A stretch of 64,000 bases of DNA from Lingula anatina (GCA_051362555.1 CM120643.1:17550848-17614847), one strand, 5' to 3'; counted from the first letter of the stretch, positions 43,301 through 57,158 are shown. Numbers and translations: made by a program. The notes: generated by a model from the sequence alone, not told the origin.

Positions 43301-46300
43301 TCTTATCATCTCAAAGATAAATACATTGGCAAAGGTGCATCTGAGAAAGTTACATTATAATTTTAGTATAATGCATTATACATGTTTCATTGAAAATGTT
43401 TTACAAAAAGTGATGCTTTCCTAGGTGTCTTTAATATTTGTAGATCATTCATTTTATCTTTTAAATTTCTGTTCCAGGTAAAATGCATTATGATACAAGT
43501 GTTAAAAGGGCTGAAATTTTTACATGAACACTACATTGTTCACAGGTAAGGTTCATACACATAATCCTTGTAAGATATAGTAGGGAGATTTGATTTACTT
43601 ATCTGTTTTATTGTAGCATGAGAGGGTTTAATGTATAGATTATATTATATTATTTGTAATTATATTTTCATTTATTTAGTATTACTTTGTAGTTTAAAGG
43701 ACACCCACCAGCGGTTTTGAAGCCACTATAGTGATGTGATGAAGGAATTTAATTGTACATTTAATCAAGGATTGGAAAATGTCTTCTTTTTGGAATTACT
43801 GATCTGGAGTTTTATTGTGTGGCTCTTTTCACTGATGTTGGGAATATTGCTGGAATTGAATCCGTTATTTATGCATTTAGTTATTTGTTTGAATATTTGG
43901 CTTTTGAAAAGGGATTAAGCATCCCACAGCATCTCCATACTTTATATGTAATATATATTTTTTGTTTTTATTCAGAGACTTAAAAGTATCCAATCTTTTG
44001 ATGACAGACAAGGGTTGCGTAAAAATAGGTGAGGTGGTTTTCACTTTGATTTTGTTATATGTAAACTGTTGGAAAATGTTAACTTTTATACTTCAGTGTA
44101 GAAAATTTAACTCCATTTGTCATCTGGATTAACAAAGAGATGTTACATGGTTACCATCAAATAAAATGAGATCAAAATGATTCAGGAATTCGGACACTAC
44201 GAATTCAAAAATGTGCACGTTTTATGCCTTGATTTGGGAAATGTGAATTTATTTCCAGCTGACTTTGGTCTTGCAAGGAAATATGGAGTCCCATTAAAAC
44301 CAATGACGCCCAGAGTTGTCACTCTTTGGTAAGCAGCATTAATTAAGGGAAAAATCTTTAAACTTGAGAAGAAAAATTATATAAAAAACATTGAAACATA
44401 AGTTAGAATGCAAAGTGTCATGCTGATAACTGATGTATAAAAGAAAAATGTAAATCTAGTTATTGCTAGTGTCGTTGCATTTTGTTTTTTTCTGAATAAC
44501 GCAATTTTTTAGTGCTTTTGTATTTTACTTTTTAAGATTTTTACTATTAGTGAAAACTATAAACATGATATTTCAAACTGAAAGGTGAGAGTTAATGTGT
44601 CAACTGTTACAAGATATTCACAACGTGTGTGTGTGTGCGACATTTCAGGTATAGAGCACCTGAACTTTTACTTGGTGCCAAGTCACAAACTACTGCTATC
44701 GATATGTGGTGAGTAGTAGAGTTTTATAATGATTTTTAAGATTCCTGAACAGAATACGTATTTAATGAAAAAATTCAGTATTCAGTGATCAGGAAGGAGA
44801 AGTTCTGTAATGTGATTATAATGAAACGGAAATTTTGTCATATACCGTTAATATAACATACCAAATTCCTTTATTTTAAACATTAATACAAACATATTTG
44901 TAACTTCTAAAATTTTCAACTTATTTTATTCCTTTTAAAAAGGATTGAGAGAAAGTGGCTTTTTGGTTTTTATATGGTTTTATTTATTGTGATAAGGGGA
45001 TGTTAAAGTTTTTAAGGAAACAAGATTTACACTTGGTGAGCTGCTGGCCCATAAACCACTATGTCTTTTTTCTTAAAAAAATAAAATGATTTTGAAAAAT
45101 TGGTTTTCTAGTTTTAATTTAATATATATAATTTATTTGATTGGATTGTTTTTTTATTCCAGGGCAGCAGGGTGTATACTTGGGGAGCTGTTGGCCCATA
45201 AACCACTGCTACCAGGCAGGACAGAAATACACCAGATAGAACTCATTGTGGAAATGTTTGGGACTCCCACAGAAAATATATGGCCTGTAAATTTACTTTA
45301 ATATTTATATATGTTTTTTTCTTTGTTGACCTGGCAGGCCCTAAAATCATTTAAAGTTTTCTAGACTTAGAGGAGTTCTTAAGAAATATTTTTATCAATA
45401 TATATATTGTACAGATGAACATTTTAATGTTTTAAAATATATTAAATAGGATGTATATTAGTTGTTCTGAAGTCATTTATTGTGCTGCTAGAAAAAGTAA
45501 AATTACTGATTTGATTTGATAGGAAATATTTGGTTAGTGCATAAAGCAAGTGTCAGCCTTGAATATTGTTTAAAATGAAGCATGCCAAGTATTTGTTCAT
45601 GTGGCTTTAACCATGCTTTCTGTTCACAGGGTTTCAGCAAGTTGCCAGCTTTGGAGCATTTCTCGTTGAAAAAACAGCCGTAAGTAGCGCTGAGAAAAGG
45701 CTTTGGAAAACTGATATTGACTGTCTAAGTAATGGTCATTAGAAGACACAGTGGCCTTTACAACAAAAGATATTCAATCCTTTTTTTTTTTTTTTGTAGC
45801 TAAGAATGTTGAGAATCTCTTTTGAATAAGTTGCATTTCACAAGTAACCTTCACACAATAATAAGTAGTGCTCTTTTTGTTATAAGATAGATGCAATTTT
45901 TAATTTGATTGGACCACTACCAGACATGCTGAAAACTTTTCAGAATGCAGGACATTTGGACCGGCAGTAATGAAAAATTTGCCGGACTGAATGAATTTTT
46001 GTTGGCCCAAAAATCACCCTATTCATTTGAGACGGATGCTACCAGTACGATTAGGTAGCTCACTTTGTTTGTGAATGCGATAGATTTGAAATGAAGAGGA
46101 AAAATGCTTTGGGTTTTATATTATTTCATTAGTGAAGTATGTCGAATGATGACTGCAAATTCAAAATTTTGGTTCTTAAAACTCTTGTCGGTCCTTTGGA
46201 CCGAACAAGTCCAATTTTTTACTGGTCCATACAAATTTCCCCAGTCATGACAGTTCGGACCGAAAGTTTCAGCATGTCTGCCACTACTGATTTATATTGA

Positions 46301-48710
46301 GCCAAAGATTGGATTTTATTTTTTAAGTTCAGACCAATTTTTGGGCTAAAATTCAATTTGAACTGGACCCTGTATACTTAAACCACATGTGTGCAACCAT
46401 AAGAACTCTGAATCGCATGTGTTGTTGAGCGATATTTTATTTTCCAGGTATAACAATTTAAGGCACACATTTACGTGGTTGTCAGAGGGAGGAATTAGGT
46501 TGCTGAACTTTCTTTTTATGTTTGATCCAAAGAAAAGGTAAAAAAAAAAAACTCCTCCTCTACTTTAAATTGCCAACAGAAGAGCTTTATATCTTTGAAA
46601 CAAATGACATTAAAAAATTTAATGGTGTTTTAGCACTTATTCATAGGTAGTTTGAATTCATATTCATTTTATTTGTATGACATAAGGTGGATGTCGAGCA
46701 CATAATCCAGCTATAAAATGTATTATTGACTCTGATCCACTTTGGACCTTTGTACTCTAGAGAGAGCTTTTTCCAAGAAGAAACAATTCAGAATTCTGGG
46801 ATGATACTGACTTTAAGTGGTCTATACAGAGCTTCAGCATGCGAAACACAGATTAAAGAAATACAGATTTATTTGTCTTTTAATTTTCCTCACCTGTTTT
46901 GTATTATAATTTGCAGGGCGACTGCAGCAGACTGTCTGGACAGTTCATATTTTAAAGAGCAGCCTTATCGTAAGTGTTCAGCATCCTGGGGGACAGTTTC
47001 TAAAGAAAAAAAGCTGTAGCTTGAAAATTGGTCTAAACTTTAAGACCTAAAAGTTAGTCTATTTCAGTTCAAGATGAATCGATACCGATAAATCCATTGT
47101 AACCCACTGAAATAAAAAGGGTGTTGCTCTGACGCATTAACAGGAATAATATTTTATTTCTTTTGGATCTTATTGAGTTATCTTGGATCAAAATGGTCAA
47201 AAAATCTAGACCAGTTACCAAGCTAAATCCTCTGAAATTAATTTTTATGTACTTATTTTCAAGTTGACCTATCAAAATAGTCTAAAAATCTAAACCAGTT
47301 TTCCAGTTAAAGCCTCTGAAATTATTTTCAAGTAATTATTTTCAAGTTTACATATCAAAATAGTGTAAAAATCTAGACCAATTTCTAAACTAAGACCACT
47401 GATTCAGAAATTAATTGTCAAGAACTGATTGCCAAGTACTGAACAAGATAAAGAGTTTGGACATTGCCTACCCCCTCTCCCTCCAGCCCCACCACTTCCA
47501 CCCCCAAACCTCACCAGCTGCCGTATGATAACTCTAGATCTGAAAAAGAGTAAAATGTTATCACTGAGCAGTGGAAGTCTTAGAAATAGAGTGCTTTTTG
47601 TTAAAATTAATTCTTGACTGAAATCATTCTGTTATTTCAACTATTAGAAAGCCAACCGTCACTAACCACATCTTTTCAACAGTGGATGAAGCTTATGAAT
47701 GTTATGATAAGTTGTCATAAACTTAGTATTTATTTATTTATTTATTTATTTATTTTACAGCCTGCCAGGCAGAGATGATGCCTTCATTTCCACAGCATAG
47801 GAACAAGAGAAAGTCCACTGGTGAACCAGAACAAGAGAGGTGGATACCCATCACACCTAGAGCAATGTTACTCATTTTGCACCATGAAGCTGAACTTGTT
47901 GCCACACACAGTATACTGTCACAGATTACTTGTCACACCTAATACAATCTCTCTTGCCACTCTTCACCACAAGGCTACTTTTGCTGTCACACTTTAACAC
48001 CACTATCACACTAAATGTAGTGGCCAAGATTATTGTCACACCAAACACAATTAACACAATTTAACACATTTTACACCATTACATCCAACACTTACACAAA
48101 GCATCCTGAACTTAATTTTTCAACTTGCTCACAATAAAAGCACATACTGTCAAGTGAATGAAAAAGTTGTACTGAGCATACTGCAGATTATTGCAAAGAT
48201 TAATATTGTCACTTGTGTCCACTGCAACAATAATATTTGTTTTTTAATAGAGTGAATGTTTTTCAGGTCAAGGAATAAATCTTCAGGATCAGCTTTAGAT
48301 TTTGGAGGAACATACAATGCTCAGGTTTGTTTGAAGTTGTGCCTTAAATATAAGATTATAATGTTATTATTCGTTTGTTACTAAAAGTTGAATGTTACAA
48401 TAATAGGGAATAGAATGATGTTAAGAACTAAGAATGCTTTTATATATTTTCAAAAAAAGCTCAAAAAAATATTAATGGGCAGACTTTTTCCTATAATCTG
48501 TACAAAACCTAATAGTAGATAATTAAAATGACACACTAACAAATGGCAGCTCCTTTTTTACTTAACATTTCTTTAGGAAATGTTACTAAATCAATCTACA
48601 TGCAAAAACAATTTATTTTCATAAAAAATTCTCTCTTATGCTTTTGAATTAATAATGTAAGCCACAGCTTTGATTTGATTTTTTCACAGAAAAAGAAAAA
48701 ATCTTTGTGA
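40365..48710 (+). CDS. CDK10: Cyclin-dependent kinase 10 (PISSLRE family)
   Basis: Exons 40365-40465 (less certain), 40790-40883, 41304-41376, 41577-41648, 42221-42323, 42816-42897, 43478-43545, 43976-44028, 44259-44328, 44649-44708, 45163-45286, 45630-45679, 46448-46537, 46917-46969, 47761-47839, 48267-48324, 48690-48710. Motifs: [118 protein letters not shown]. Confidence 0.97.
42946..43191. mobile_element. PIF/Harbinger-like fold-back MITE in a CDK10 intron
   Basis: TTA on both sides, TIRs GGATGCATTCACAGTGAAACTA / TAGTTTCATTGTGAACACACCC, and perfect inner arms GCTGAATGCAATCAGATTAACA (43007) / TGTTAATCTGATTGCATTCAGC (43109). Confidence 0.8.
45921..46280. mobile_element. 360-bp MITE with CAG...CTG TIRs and a 7-bp target duplication
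   Basis: Perfect 14-bp TIR CAGACATGCTGAAA/TTTCAGCATGTCTG, CCACTAC at 45914-45920 and 46281-46287, and internal GGACCG repeats. Confidence 0.85.
47188..47415. repeat. ~84 bp intronic tandem repeat, about 2.7 copies
   Basis: TCAAAAT.GT..AAAAATCTA.ACCA at 47188, 47272 and 47355. Confidence 0.8.
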
Positions 48711-51341
48711 CTGCTTGGGTAGCAGTTTTGGAAGCACCCGTTGAAGATTCATTACGACGAAAGACATTTCCACACATTGCAAGATTTGAGGACTTCTGAT
48801 CATTGAAGCAGTGGGTTTGGATTACCCTTGAAATTATTTTCATGAAGGCAAATGCACTTGTAAATATTTTATACATAATGTTAAAATGAAATAAAAAAAT
48901 ATATATATAAAAAGCATCTATTCCTTGCTTGTAAGATTCATTAACATATAAGGGTTGTTAGAGTATACGCACTGGTTATTGGCAAAGAATGCTGTAAGAA
49001 CTGAGACAAAGAAAATTGGACATTTTACGGTACTTAGTGCATGATCAAAAACTTCTGTTGTGGGTCTGCATGTTTTATTTTCTCCACTTTGGAAGGAATG
49101 GGGACTTATTCGGTTTTTTATTTTTTTCTTTTTAATAAAAGGGTGCCTCACCAGTTCATGCAAGTTTTTGGTCACCTTTTTTTCTAGATGTTAGGTAATA
49201 ATATCTTCATACCTGCATCTTGAACCCAATAACTCTTGTGGACTTATATACCAATTCCTAGAAAATAGGAAATGAATTATTAGTTGAGGAGACATTACTA
49301 CGTGGTGTTAATTGAACACACTTATTAACATGGGTTATTTGCTTCTTGAATCCAATATCTTATCAAAATATTATATCCAGCAATTCATTGCACAATTCTA
49401 GTGGCCCTTAAATAATTTCCAGACAACAGGAAATTAATTACTTGTGTGGGAAAATACAGTAAATTGAAACTCATTTTTATTTAGCTTAACACCCATTAAT
49501 CGCATTTGCTTTGCTTGTCTCTTTGTTCTAGATAAGGAACTTTTCATTTACCGCTCACTAAATGACCTAAACCAACTCTTTAGGCCTACTTAATAACGTC
49601 TTATAACTAATTTCTTCTGGTCACAGCGATGAGTTTGGTAAGTATACTCCAACTTATCCGATTTTAATATAGGGAAAACGTAAGTAAATGTAGTTAAGTT
49701 TGTAAACTAGGAAATACATCGTCATTTGCGAGAAACATGCAGTAATTAAAAGCGAACCTGCCTTTATTTAAAACAGCAATTACTCACCTCGTTAGTTTAC
49801 AGCTAACGTTACTTGCATTTAGCACCTGTTGAATGGAAAATGTTTCATTTATGAAGTTCACGGATAAACTCGAAATTATTAAAACCGTTCTTAAAAACAG
49901 ACGCCTAATTACTTTTTTTCATAAGTTAATAAACGCGCTACCTCAGTTCATCTGATTCCAACATTGGCAACATGCAATACTTATGTCTTCGAGTAGGTTA
50001 GCCAATATTGAGAGAGTGGGCAAATTATTATCTCTCTCACGATAAACTGCACTTTCATTTGCAAGAACAATCAGAACACTATTAGAAGAGTATCTTAGAC
50101 GAAGAAGAAAGCAGGCACGTCCATAACTACGCCAAGCAATTGTGTATTATTGTTTCAAGTGAGGTTATGAATTCATCGACACTTGTTAATGTGTAAGGTA
50201 TCACAAAAACTTATTTATTGTATTCGCACATTTTGATGACAGGAAAGACGGGTTTTCAGGGGAGAAAACAATTAATTTTTCACAGATCTCCTAATGATTT
50301 TAAGAGATATTTCTTGCCTGTGCTCATGAAGTGCTCTTCAGTAAAGAATATGCTAGAAAATATCAACAGTCAGCCATGTTGCCAAAATGCTTTCCCTGCT
50401 ATGTTCTTTCCCAAAACTTTTTTAATGAAACGTTCTCCTTTTAGGCAGGAAAGACAAATGGATTTGGTTTGCTACATGTGAGGCATAGGGCATATTCAGA
50501 ACCCAAAATGATTTCCAATTCTCCGAGTTATTAGGAGCAAACAACGCTTGAGAACTTTGCAAAACATGCTTTTGACATGATGTCAAATTTCAACTGTAGT
50601 TAACTGCGTTTTGTGGTGTTATGATTATGTAGGAATAAATCTAGTTGTTTGCCAATACATATATACTGGGTACACGGTGTAGTTGACTGAAACTCATGTT
50701 TTTCGCTGTACGGAGACGCGTGCTAAATTATTATACCACGGGTTAAGAAGTGTCCGTGTACGATGGAGCCTTTGCGTTACGAAAAATAGATAAAGCAAGA
50801 AGAAAAGTATGGTTGACCTTCTGCTGAACCTTGGCAAATCGAGGTGAAAACTATCCCTTAAATGCCTGCGTTGGCTCCTATCTTCATTTTCCTAGTAATT
50901 GGAACCTTAGTTATCTAATTCTGTGTACAGATAATGATGGTTGAACTATTTGTGAGATAACGGATAGTATATTACGTGAGACGCCTAGTCACGCTATGGT
51001 GAACTGCGAATTAAGCTGCAGAAGCTGCGATGGTTTTAAGGTCATTATGGTGCTTATTTATTTATTTTTCAATGATCATTTTAATTTTTATTTCATTGCA
51101 ATATAAATTTGTCACAGAGGCGAAAAACAAACGTGCGTTTTACTGATGTCTTCGCCCACAGTGGACCAAATGTCATCGTTACTCGTCTTTTCTTTGAATA
51201 TATATATATCACGGAGAATATAGTTGATACACTATGGAAAAGTGCTCTACCCATGGTGACGGACCATGGGGAGCTAGTGTAGAAAGACAAGAAAACGAAC
51301 AAAGTTTATCTGTTCTCTCCATTTTAATTTACATAAGTCCC

Positions 51342-51372
51342 TACAGCTGTTTCGGCCCGGAGGCCTCGTCAG
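51342..51372 (-). ncRNA. Minimal type I hammerhead ribozyme core (Penelope/retrozyme-type) with disrupted stem I
   Basis: Minus strand CUGACGA-GGCC-UCCG-GGCC-GAAA-CAGCUG-UA. The catalytic core is complete, stem II is 4 bp, stem III is palindromic (ACAGCUGU) and the cleavage triplet is GUA. The upstream flank does not pair with the downstream GGGACUU. Confidence 0.6.
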
Positions 51373-54300
51373 CTACATATATGTTACGATCAGTGGATCA
51401 ACTCGTATCGTTACTTCAGACCGCGCGGCTGACTTTTGGTAATGACTTAAGTTCTGTTTGATTGTTCGTCGCGTTTTCTCATTTCTGAAAAACCAGGTTA
51501 CTTAATGGGTGCTGTTTTGTTCGAAGAGGAAAGTACACATTTCCTCCACTGAAATCAGACAAATTGAGATAATAAAGAATTTATCTAATTAGATGTGCAG
51601 GCGCAATAGCTAGGTGTAAATAATCGAAGCGTTATATGACATCACTGCGTGTTAATAATACTAAATAACGCTGTGGGTTGTGGAAATGAAATCGCAAATA
51701 AAGGAAACGGGGGTTATTGAATTCCCGAGCAGGATGCAAGCTTACATGCTCTTTGCATTATAGAAGATTCATTTATAGTGGGTGACATGTGAAGCGATTT
51801 GTCGTATTCTGTCCATGTCACGTAGTGCACTGATATCAGCCACTCTACTTATGGGACCTCAGCTACTGGTGTGACAGAATTGGTAGTCTACTGGGAACCA
51901 GTCCGGTCCCCCTTACTTTGTACAGGTGACTTTCGTCCCATATACTAATCCCAGTACTCCGCCTTGCCATATGTAGTAATCGTATGGGACTCCGTACGTC
52001 CTTTCCTAGGACTACCATTCTTCTGCCGATTCCTTTAGCGCATGCCCTGAGGGCCATCCCGCGCAGATTGTCAACGCTCGATATCGATGACAGCTAGCCA
52101 AGCGTCGGTTAACTTGAAAAAGGCCTTGTGATAATAAGAATTAAATGTACAGGGTCCTTTTCAAATGTAAAGTACAGTGTAAATTTTAATTACGATCCCA
52201 TCTACTGTATACCTTACGTCAATACAGAGTGGACTAGTATGGGGGATATTTTACTATGGTTTTAAGTGGCTTGTCGTGTTCTCCCAAGAGATTCACAAAA
52301 TCTAAAGAGGTTTTAGAAAATTGGCTTTTAGTTGCTGAATTTGAGTTTTAAAACGGAAATAAACGTGTGTTCGCGTGTGGGACGTACGGTGTTAATTGTG
52401 TGCGTGGTGAATGAAGACGCCTGCACGAAGATTAACAATGAGGAAATAAGAAGACGAGAAGAGGAAGCGACGTCGATGACCTAAGCTGTATGAGTGCAAT
52501 ATATATATTACATTTTGCTGAAGTTGATGTCGTACTGTAAGTATAACTGGGTCGTGGACAAGTTCGTTTGCCCGTCTGTCAGAGTGGGAGAGAGCTCATA
52601 TTCCAAATGTTATCGCAAACGTCTTGACGCATCTGTTCGTGAAATCATTAAGTTACACAAGGCGAAACTGAGCCAGCGAATCTCCACCCAGCGATCGATA
52701 AAGTCAGAGAGAGAGAGAGAGAGGATAGAGGAGAAAGAAGTAGGCAACTTTGGAAATTAGTTGTGAAGTACGCCAGTTGGCAAGACGCGTATTTGGTAAG
52801 TGAACATTTCACGAGTTTCGAAGTGCTGTCTATCCTTTCACACCGAGTAGGCGCAGGTTGAAGTCTCATTTCTACTATCATGTCGAATGTTCCCTTAAGA
52901 ATCAAATCTCAGTTTGAATTTGCAATGTTTAGTTTGACCGCCAGACGAATGAATTGATCATTTAATGGTTTCGTAGTTTGATGCTATCCAGCTAACAAAC
53001 TGAACACATGTTGTGAATGGCATTTGGGAATGCAACCTTAGTGGTGGTCTCGAAAGTCTGTTGGACCAAAACGTCCTCGTGCTTACTACTAGTGATCTAT
53101 AGATTCATTTCATGTTTTATTTTCAAGTCTAATATGAAATTCACAGGCGACATATTAACTCACGAGACTATGTAACTGATCGCCTATACGTCCACCGAAC
53201 GTGCGTTAAATCATTCTACAGCAAACCAAAATGCTCCTGGAAATAACAGCACTTTTCGTCTTATACACAACGTAGGCGCCCTGTCCAAAACCGCTGAAAA
53301 AAATAACTACGATCTCTGCACATGTTTTCGAGATCTCAACATCTAGTCTTCACAGTTTCGAGCAAAAATCACCAGCCTTTCTTTCCGTTTCGAATGTGAC
53401 TAAAAAAACTTTGAATATATGGTCAAACAGCCCAACGGGTTTATGGATGGCAATTCTGTGAACGGTTTTAAATTTTAGATTGGGTTTACCTTTTCAATTA
53501 AGGGACAAGTGTTAAAATGCAATAAAATTGAAAATTTGCTGTTTGAAGATCTACTTCCATTAACTTGACCATATGACGATCGCGTTCCATTTCGTGTTAC
53601 TCGGGTTGAAGACGTGCAGCAAATGTCACATTAACGTCATTGGAGTACTCGCAAGTCGTGACTGTTTTAGTTTGTGATCTAGAATACTTTGTACTTTTGT
53701 GTCTGTTGAGACTAGAACTTCCCGTTGACATTCGTTCATTCATTCTCTCTCGTTAGCCTGTCTGCTTTATGCATTTGAAGACCGAAATAGGCTAAAAGAA
53801 CGCATGCCCACAGGGACTTGTGCGTTTGTATTTCAGGCTTAACATATATGTATAAACATAAAAGAATAATTAAAGAACGAAATCACCACGCACGATGAAC
53901 ATTTGGTTTCTTTTAACTTACTAAAAGAGACACATGCAGATTCCTATGGTTCGTGGTATAAAAGATCTCCATTCTATAACCGCGCACTGCCCTGTTGCTC
54001 TAGTGTGAAAAACTGGTATTAAGCTTCTACAGGCTGGTTCGAAATTTTCTGTACCTTCTAGTTATTGAAATTTAAAGCTTGGAGCGTTTCCCCCCACCCA
54101 GCATGTAATGCTGAGTCACGATTTTCAATATTATCAATTTATTAAATTTTAAAATGTCAACATGTAGTTGGTGATTAATTATGATCCAAATTAGATTTTA
54201 AATGTAAATGATAAGGGTTGCTAAATCATATTGATGAGTAAATTTTAAGCTATAATTTCCCTTACAGAGTACTAATCAGTTGGATTTTTTTGCCAGTTTT

Positions 54301-55677
54301 AAGACAAGAAAACGTGAGAGGTTTCCAAATAGTCACCGTCTCCAATAGCGTGCCGTTACATATCATGCTCATTATAAAGGCAGAAATGACTGCTCTTAGC
54401 AACCAGTGCAGTCGTGTTCCAACGAAACCATCCAAATTACACTATAATTACGTTACGAAATGCAATACGCAGCTTATCTTTCAACATTAAGCAGCTTGAG
54501 TGATACGTGTATCCCCGGTCAAATGATAGAACTAGTTGATTTTTTTCGTCTTTCTTCACCAATCTTCCATTACCGGAGCACAGAGTCGCATTTACTGCTG
54601 TTAAAGCTATTGAACTGAACCAGTACCTCTAACACCAGTCGAATTGTGGCTCCGTACTCCAGTAATGAGAGGGGCGAGAAAAGAAATACCTGTCGTGTCT
54701 AAAGAAGAAGGCCGATCTTCTGAACAACATGAAACTGCCTTACGCACCCTTAGAACTCCTCTTTGCAGTCTTTTATTCATTCAGTCATTTGCAATTGTCA
54801 AATATCCCTTCATGGAAAATGTGTATAACAAAGGAACGACACATGCACATAAGTCATTTGGCAGCAAAAGAACAAAATAGTCAGGTATTACTTTACCGAA
54901 ATATGTACAGAGGCCTACTGAACTCAAGTATTCAAATGAATTTTAACTGCCCCTCGTTTTCCTGCTTGTAGTTGTAGGATATTTGGACAACACAGGAACA
55001 GCATATGAACAACATAGGACTAGTTACAAGAATAATAGGGCTGCAAAAAGATAAAGCTTTGCAACAAACCCAAATTATAATATCAAAATCTTAATCGAAA
55101 AAAATGTGGTTATTAGAATATTGAAATCTTGAACGAGAAAAGAGTTCCGTTCACTGGTTGTTTTTGCACGGTGTCACATATTCTTACGTTTGATACCTAT
55201 GATTGGCAATTTCTAAATAAATGTACAATTTCCAAAAGTGCTTTGACTTGTTAGGCCTATTAATTACACGGGCTTCAAGCAAAAATATGCATCAGTCGTA
55301 AGCTTATTAATCTTTGTTCACAATTTCATTTAATTTCTTTTTCAAATCGAGTTCATGAATTTTTGAAAAGAAAAGATGGAAAAAGTCGCATATCAGGGTT
55401 CGAAAGTGAACGGAGTTATCGTAGTCGTTTTATTCCATGGCCTTGTTGAATGTTCGGGAAAGATACATCTTCTTTGTGTATCTCTGAATTCTCAAAGCAA
55501 TCCCTTTGTTATCTACAGCATTTTTCGTCAAAATACTCGTGCTTTACTGCGCAGGTCAGCAACATCGGCGCCTGTTTGAGACGAAATTGATGCCCACCCG
55601 GGATGTTTATCTAGGGTGTACAGTACATGGTATGTGTCCTACTGGTAAAAGGGCTACGAATACGATTGGTGGCTTCA

Positions 55678-55766
55678 TGTGTTGCGTCACTACCTTTTGT
55701 GTGTTGCGTCACAATATTTTGTGTGTTGCGTCACAAAATTCTGTGTGTTGTGTCACGATATTATGT
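55678..55766. repeat. 22-bp minisatellite x4 containing TTGCGTCA
   Basis: GTTG(C/T)GTCAC at 55681, 55703, 55725 and 55747. Confidence 0.9.
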
Positions 55767-56495
55767 GCAGTGGCTAAACACGGTTTGCTGCTGCCAAAAA
55801 CGTGAGCACAACCTATGATACTTTTTTTAGTTTCAAACTGAACGACGACAATATCAGAACTCTATCTATTTTAATAACAGGAAATATGTTCACGTATAAA
55901 TAGGCAAAATTAATATCTTAATTTGGTCTGCAAACATAAAAATTTGACCTTAGCCCGGTCACTCGGGCATTGACTCCGAATTTTAGCAATATCCACGGAG
56001 AAATCTAATCGCAACGCTGTGCTAAAACTCCATTTAGATCCCGACGATTACGTTTAACAATAAATGATGAACAACTCCTCGTAATCGTTAACGTAATCGT
56101 GACGCTGTGAAAGGTTGCTATTATAGTTTCGTGTATCTTCGCCCGTCATCATTATCTATGACCGATTATAACTTATCAGTATATTTGGCTCATCAACCGC
56201 TCATATCGATTTATTAGGCCTAAAGGCGTACTGTACAGAATGGGAAGGAAAAAAAACGCACGTGCTTCTTATTGACAGACGACAAATTGTGAGCAATGTC
56301 AAAGCTGGTCTTGTGTCGGTTCAGCCGTGTATATGCCTATTCACAGTGTGTCCTCAGTATGTAGTCAGACAGGAAAGCATTTGATTGCAGACCGCCAAAA
56401 ATTCATTGCTTGACTGCACTCCTTAATATACAGTAATTACCAGTCCTATTTCGCTCTGTAGACTACTTAGACCGAGCCAGAAAATAAAAGTCTAA

Positions 56496-56884
56496 GACCC
56501 CATTCCCAGAGATTAGATCGATCCAACTAGATCGACCTAACTCCCTGGGGGTTCGCGCTAAATATCTGTGAGCCGAGCGGGCAGGAAAGTTAATTACCCC
56601 CTTACAGCTTGTAGAAGGCAGGACGGACATTTAAGCCTGATTATCTGACAGTAATCTAGTGAGACTCCCCACGGGAATAGATCGATCTAAAATCTATGGG
56701 AATGCGCCCTTAGACCCCATCTAGATTACTGTCAGCTTAGCCGGCTTAAGCGTCTGTCCCGCCTACTAAAAGCTGTAAGGGGTAACTAACTGTCGTGCGC
56801 GCTCGGCTGACTGCGATTTAGCGTGAACCCCCAGGGAGTTAGGTCGATCCGGATGGATCGATCTAAATCTCTGGGAATGCACTC
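56496..56884. mobile_element. Two adjacent, oppositely oriented Harbinger-like MITEs (GATCGATC family)
   Basis: TAA|GACCCCATTCCCAGAGATTAGATCGATC ... GATCGATCTAAAATCTATGGGAATGCGCCC|TTA|GACCCCAT ... GATCGATCTAAATCTCTGGGAATGCACTC|TAA. The two bodies are approximate reverse complements of each other. Confidence 0.8.
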
Positions 56885-57158
56885 TAAAGAACGCACGAGT
56901 CTAACAAACGGACCTGTTAAGATCAACTATGATTGGTAGGCCTACATGTAAAAAGTGCCCGAGTTATCGGCTTGTGTGGCTTCTCCAGGGACTAAAAATA
57001 ATTTAAAAAAAAAACGATTAAAAATAATAAAAACACAGTTATTAAGAGCTTAACGTAATGCTTAAACCTTAGAAGCAGCTTTGAGACATCTTGACGTAAT
57101 GTGTGATCCGTGGGGACAAAAAAGGAACTCAAGAATCAACTGAATGGTAGGTTGCTAA

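Noticed and set aside
51852-52057. Possible degenerate fold-back element (CCTCAG/CTGAGG, TGGTAGTC/GACTACCA)
   Set aside because: The arms are too short and interrupted, there is no TSD, and there is no second copy in the window.
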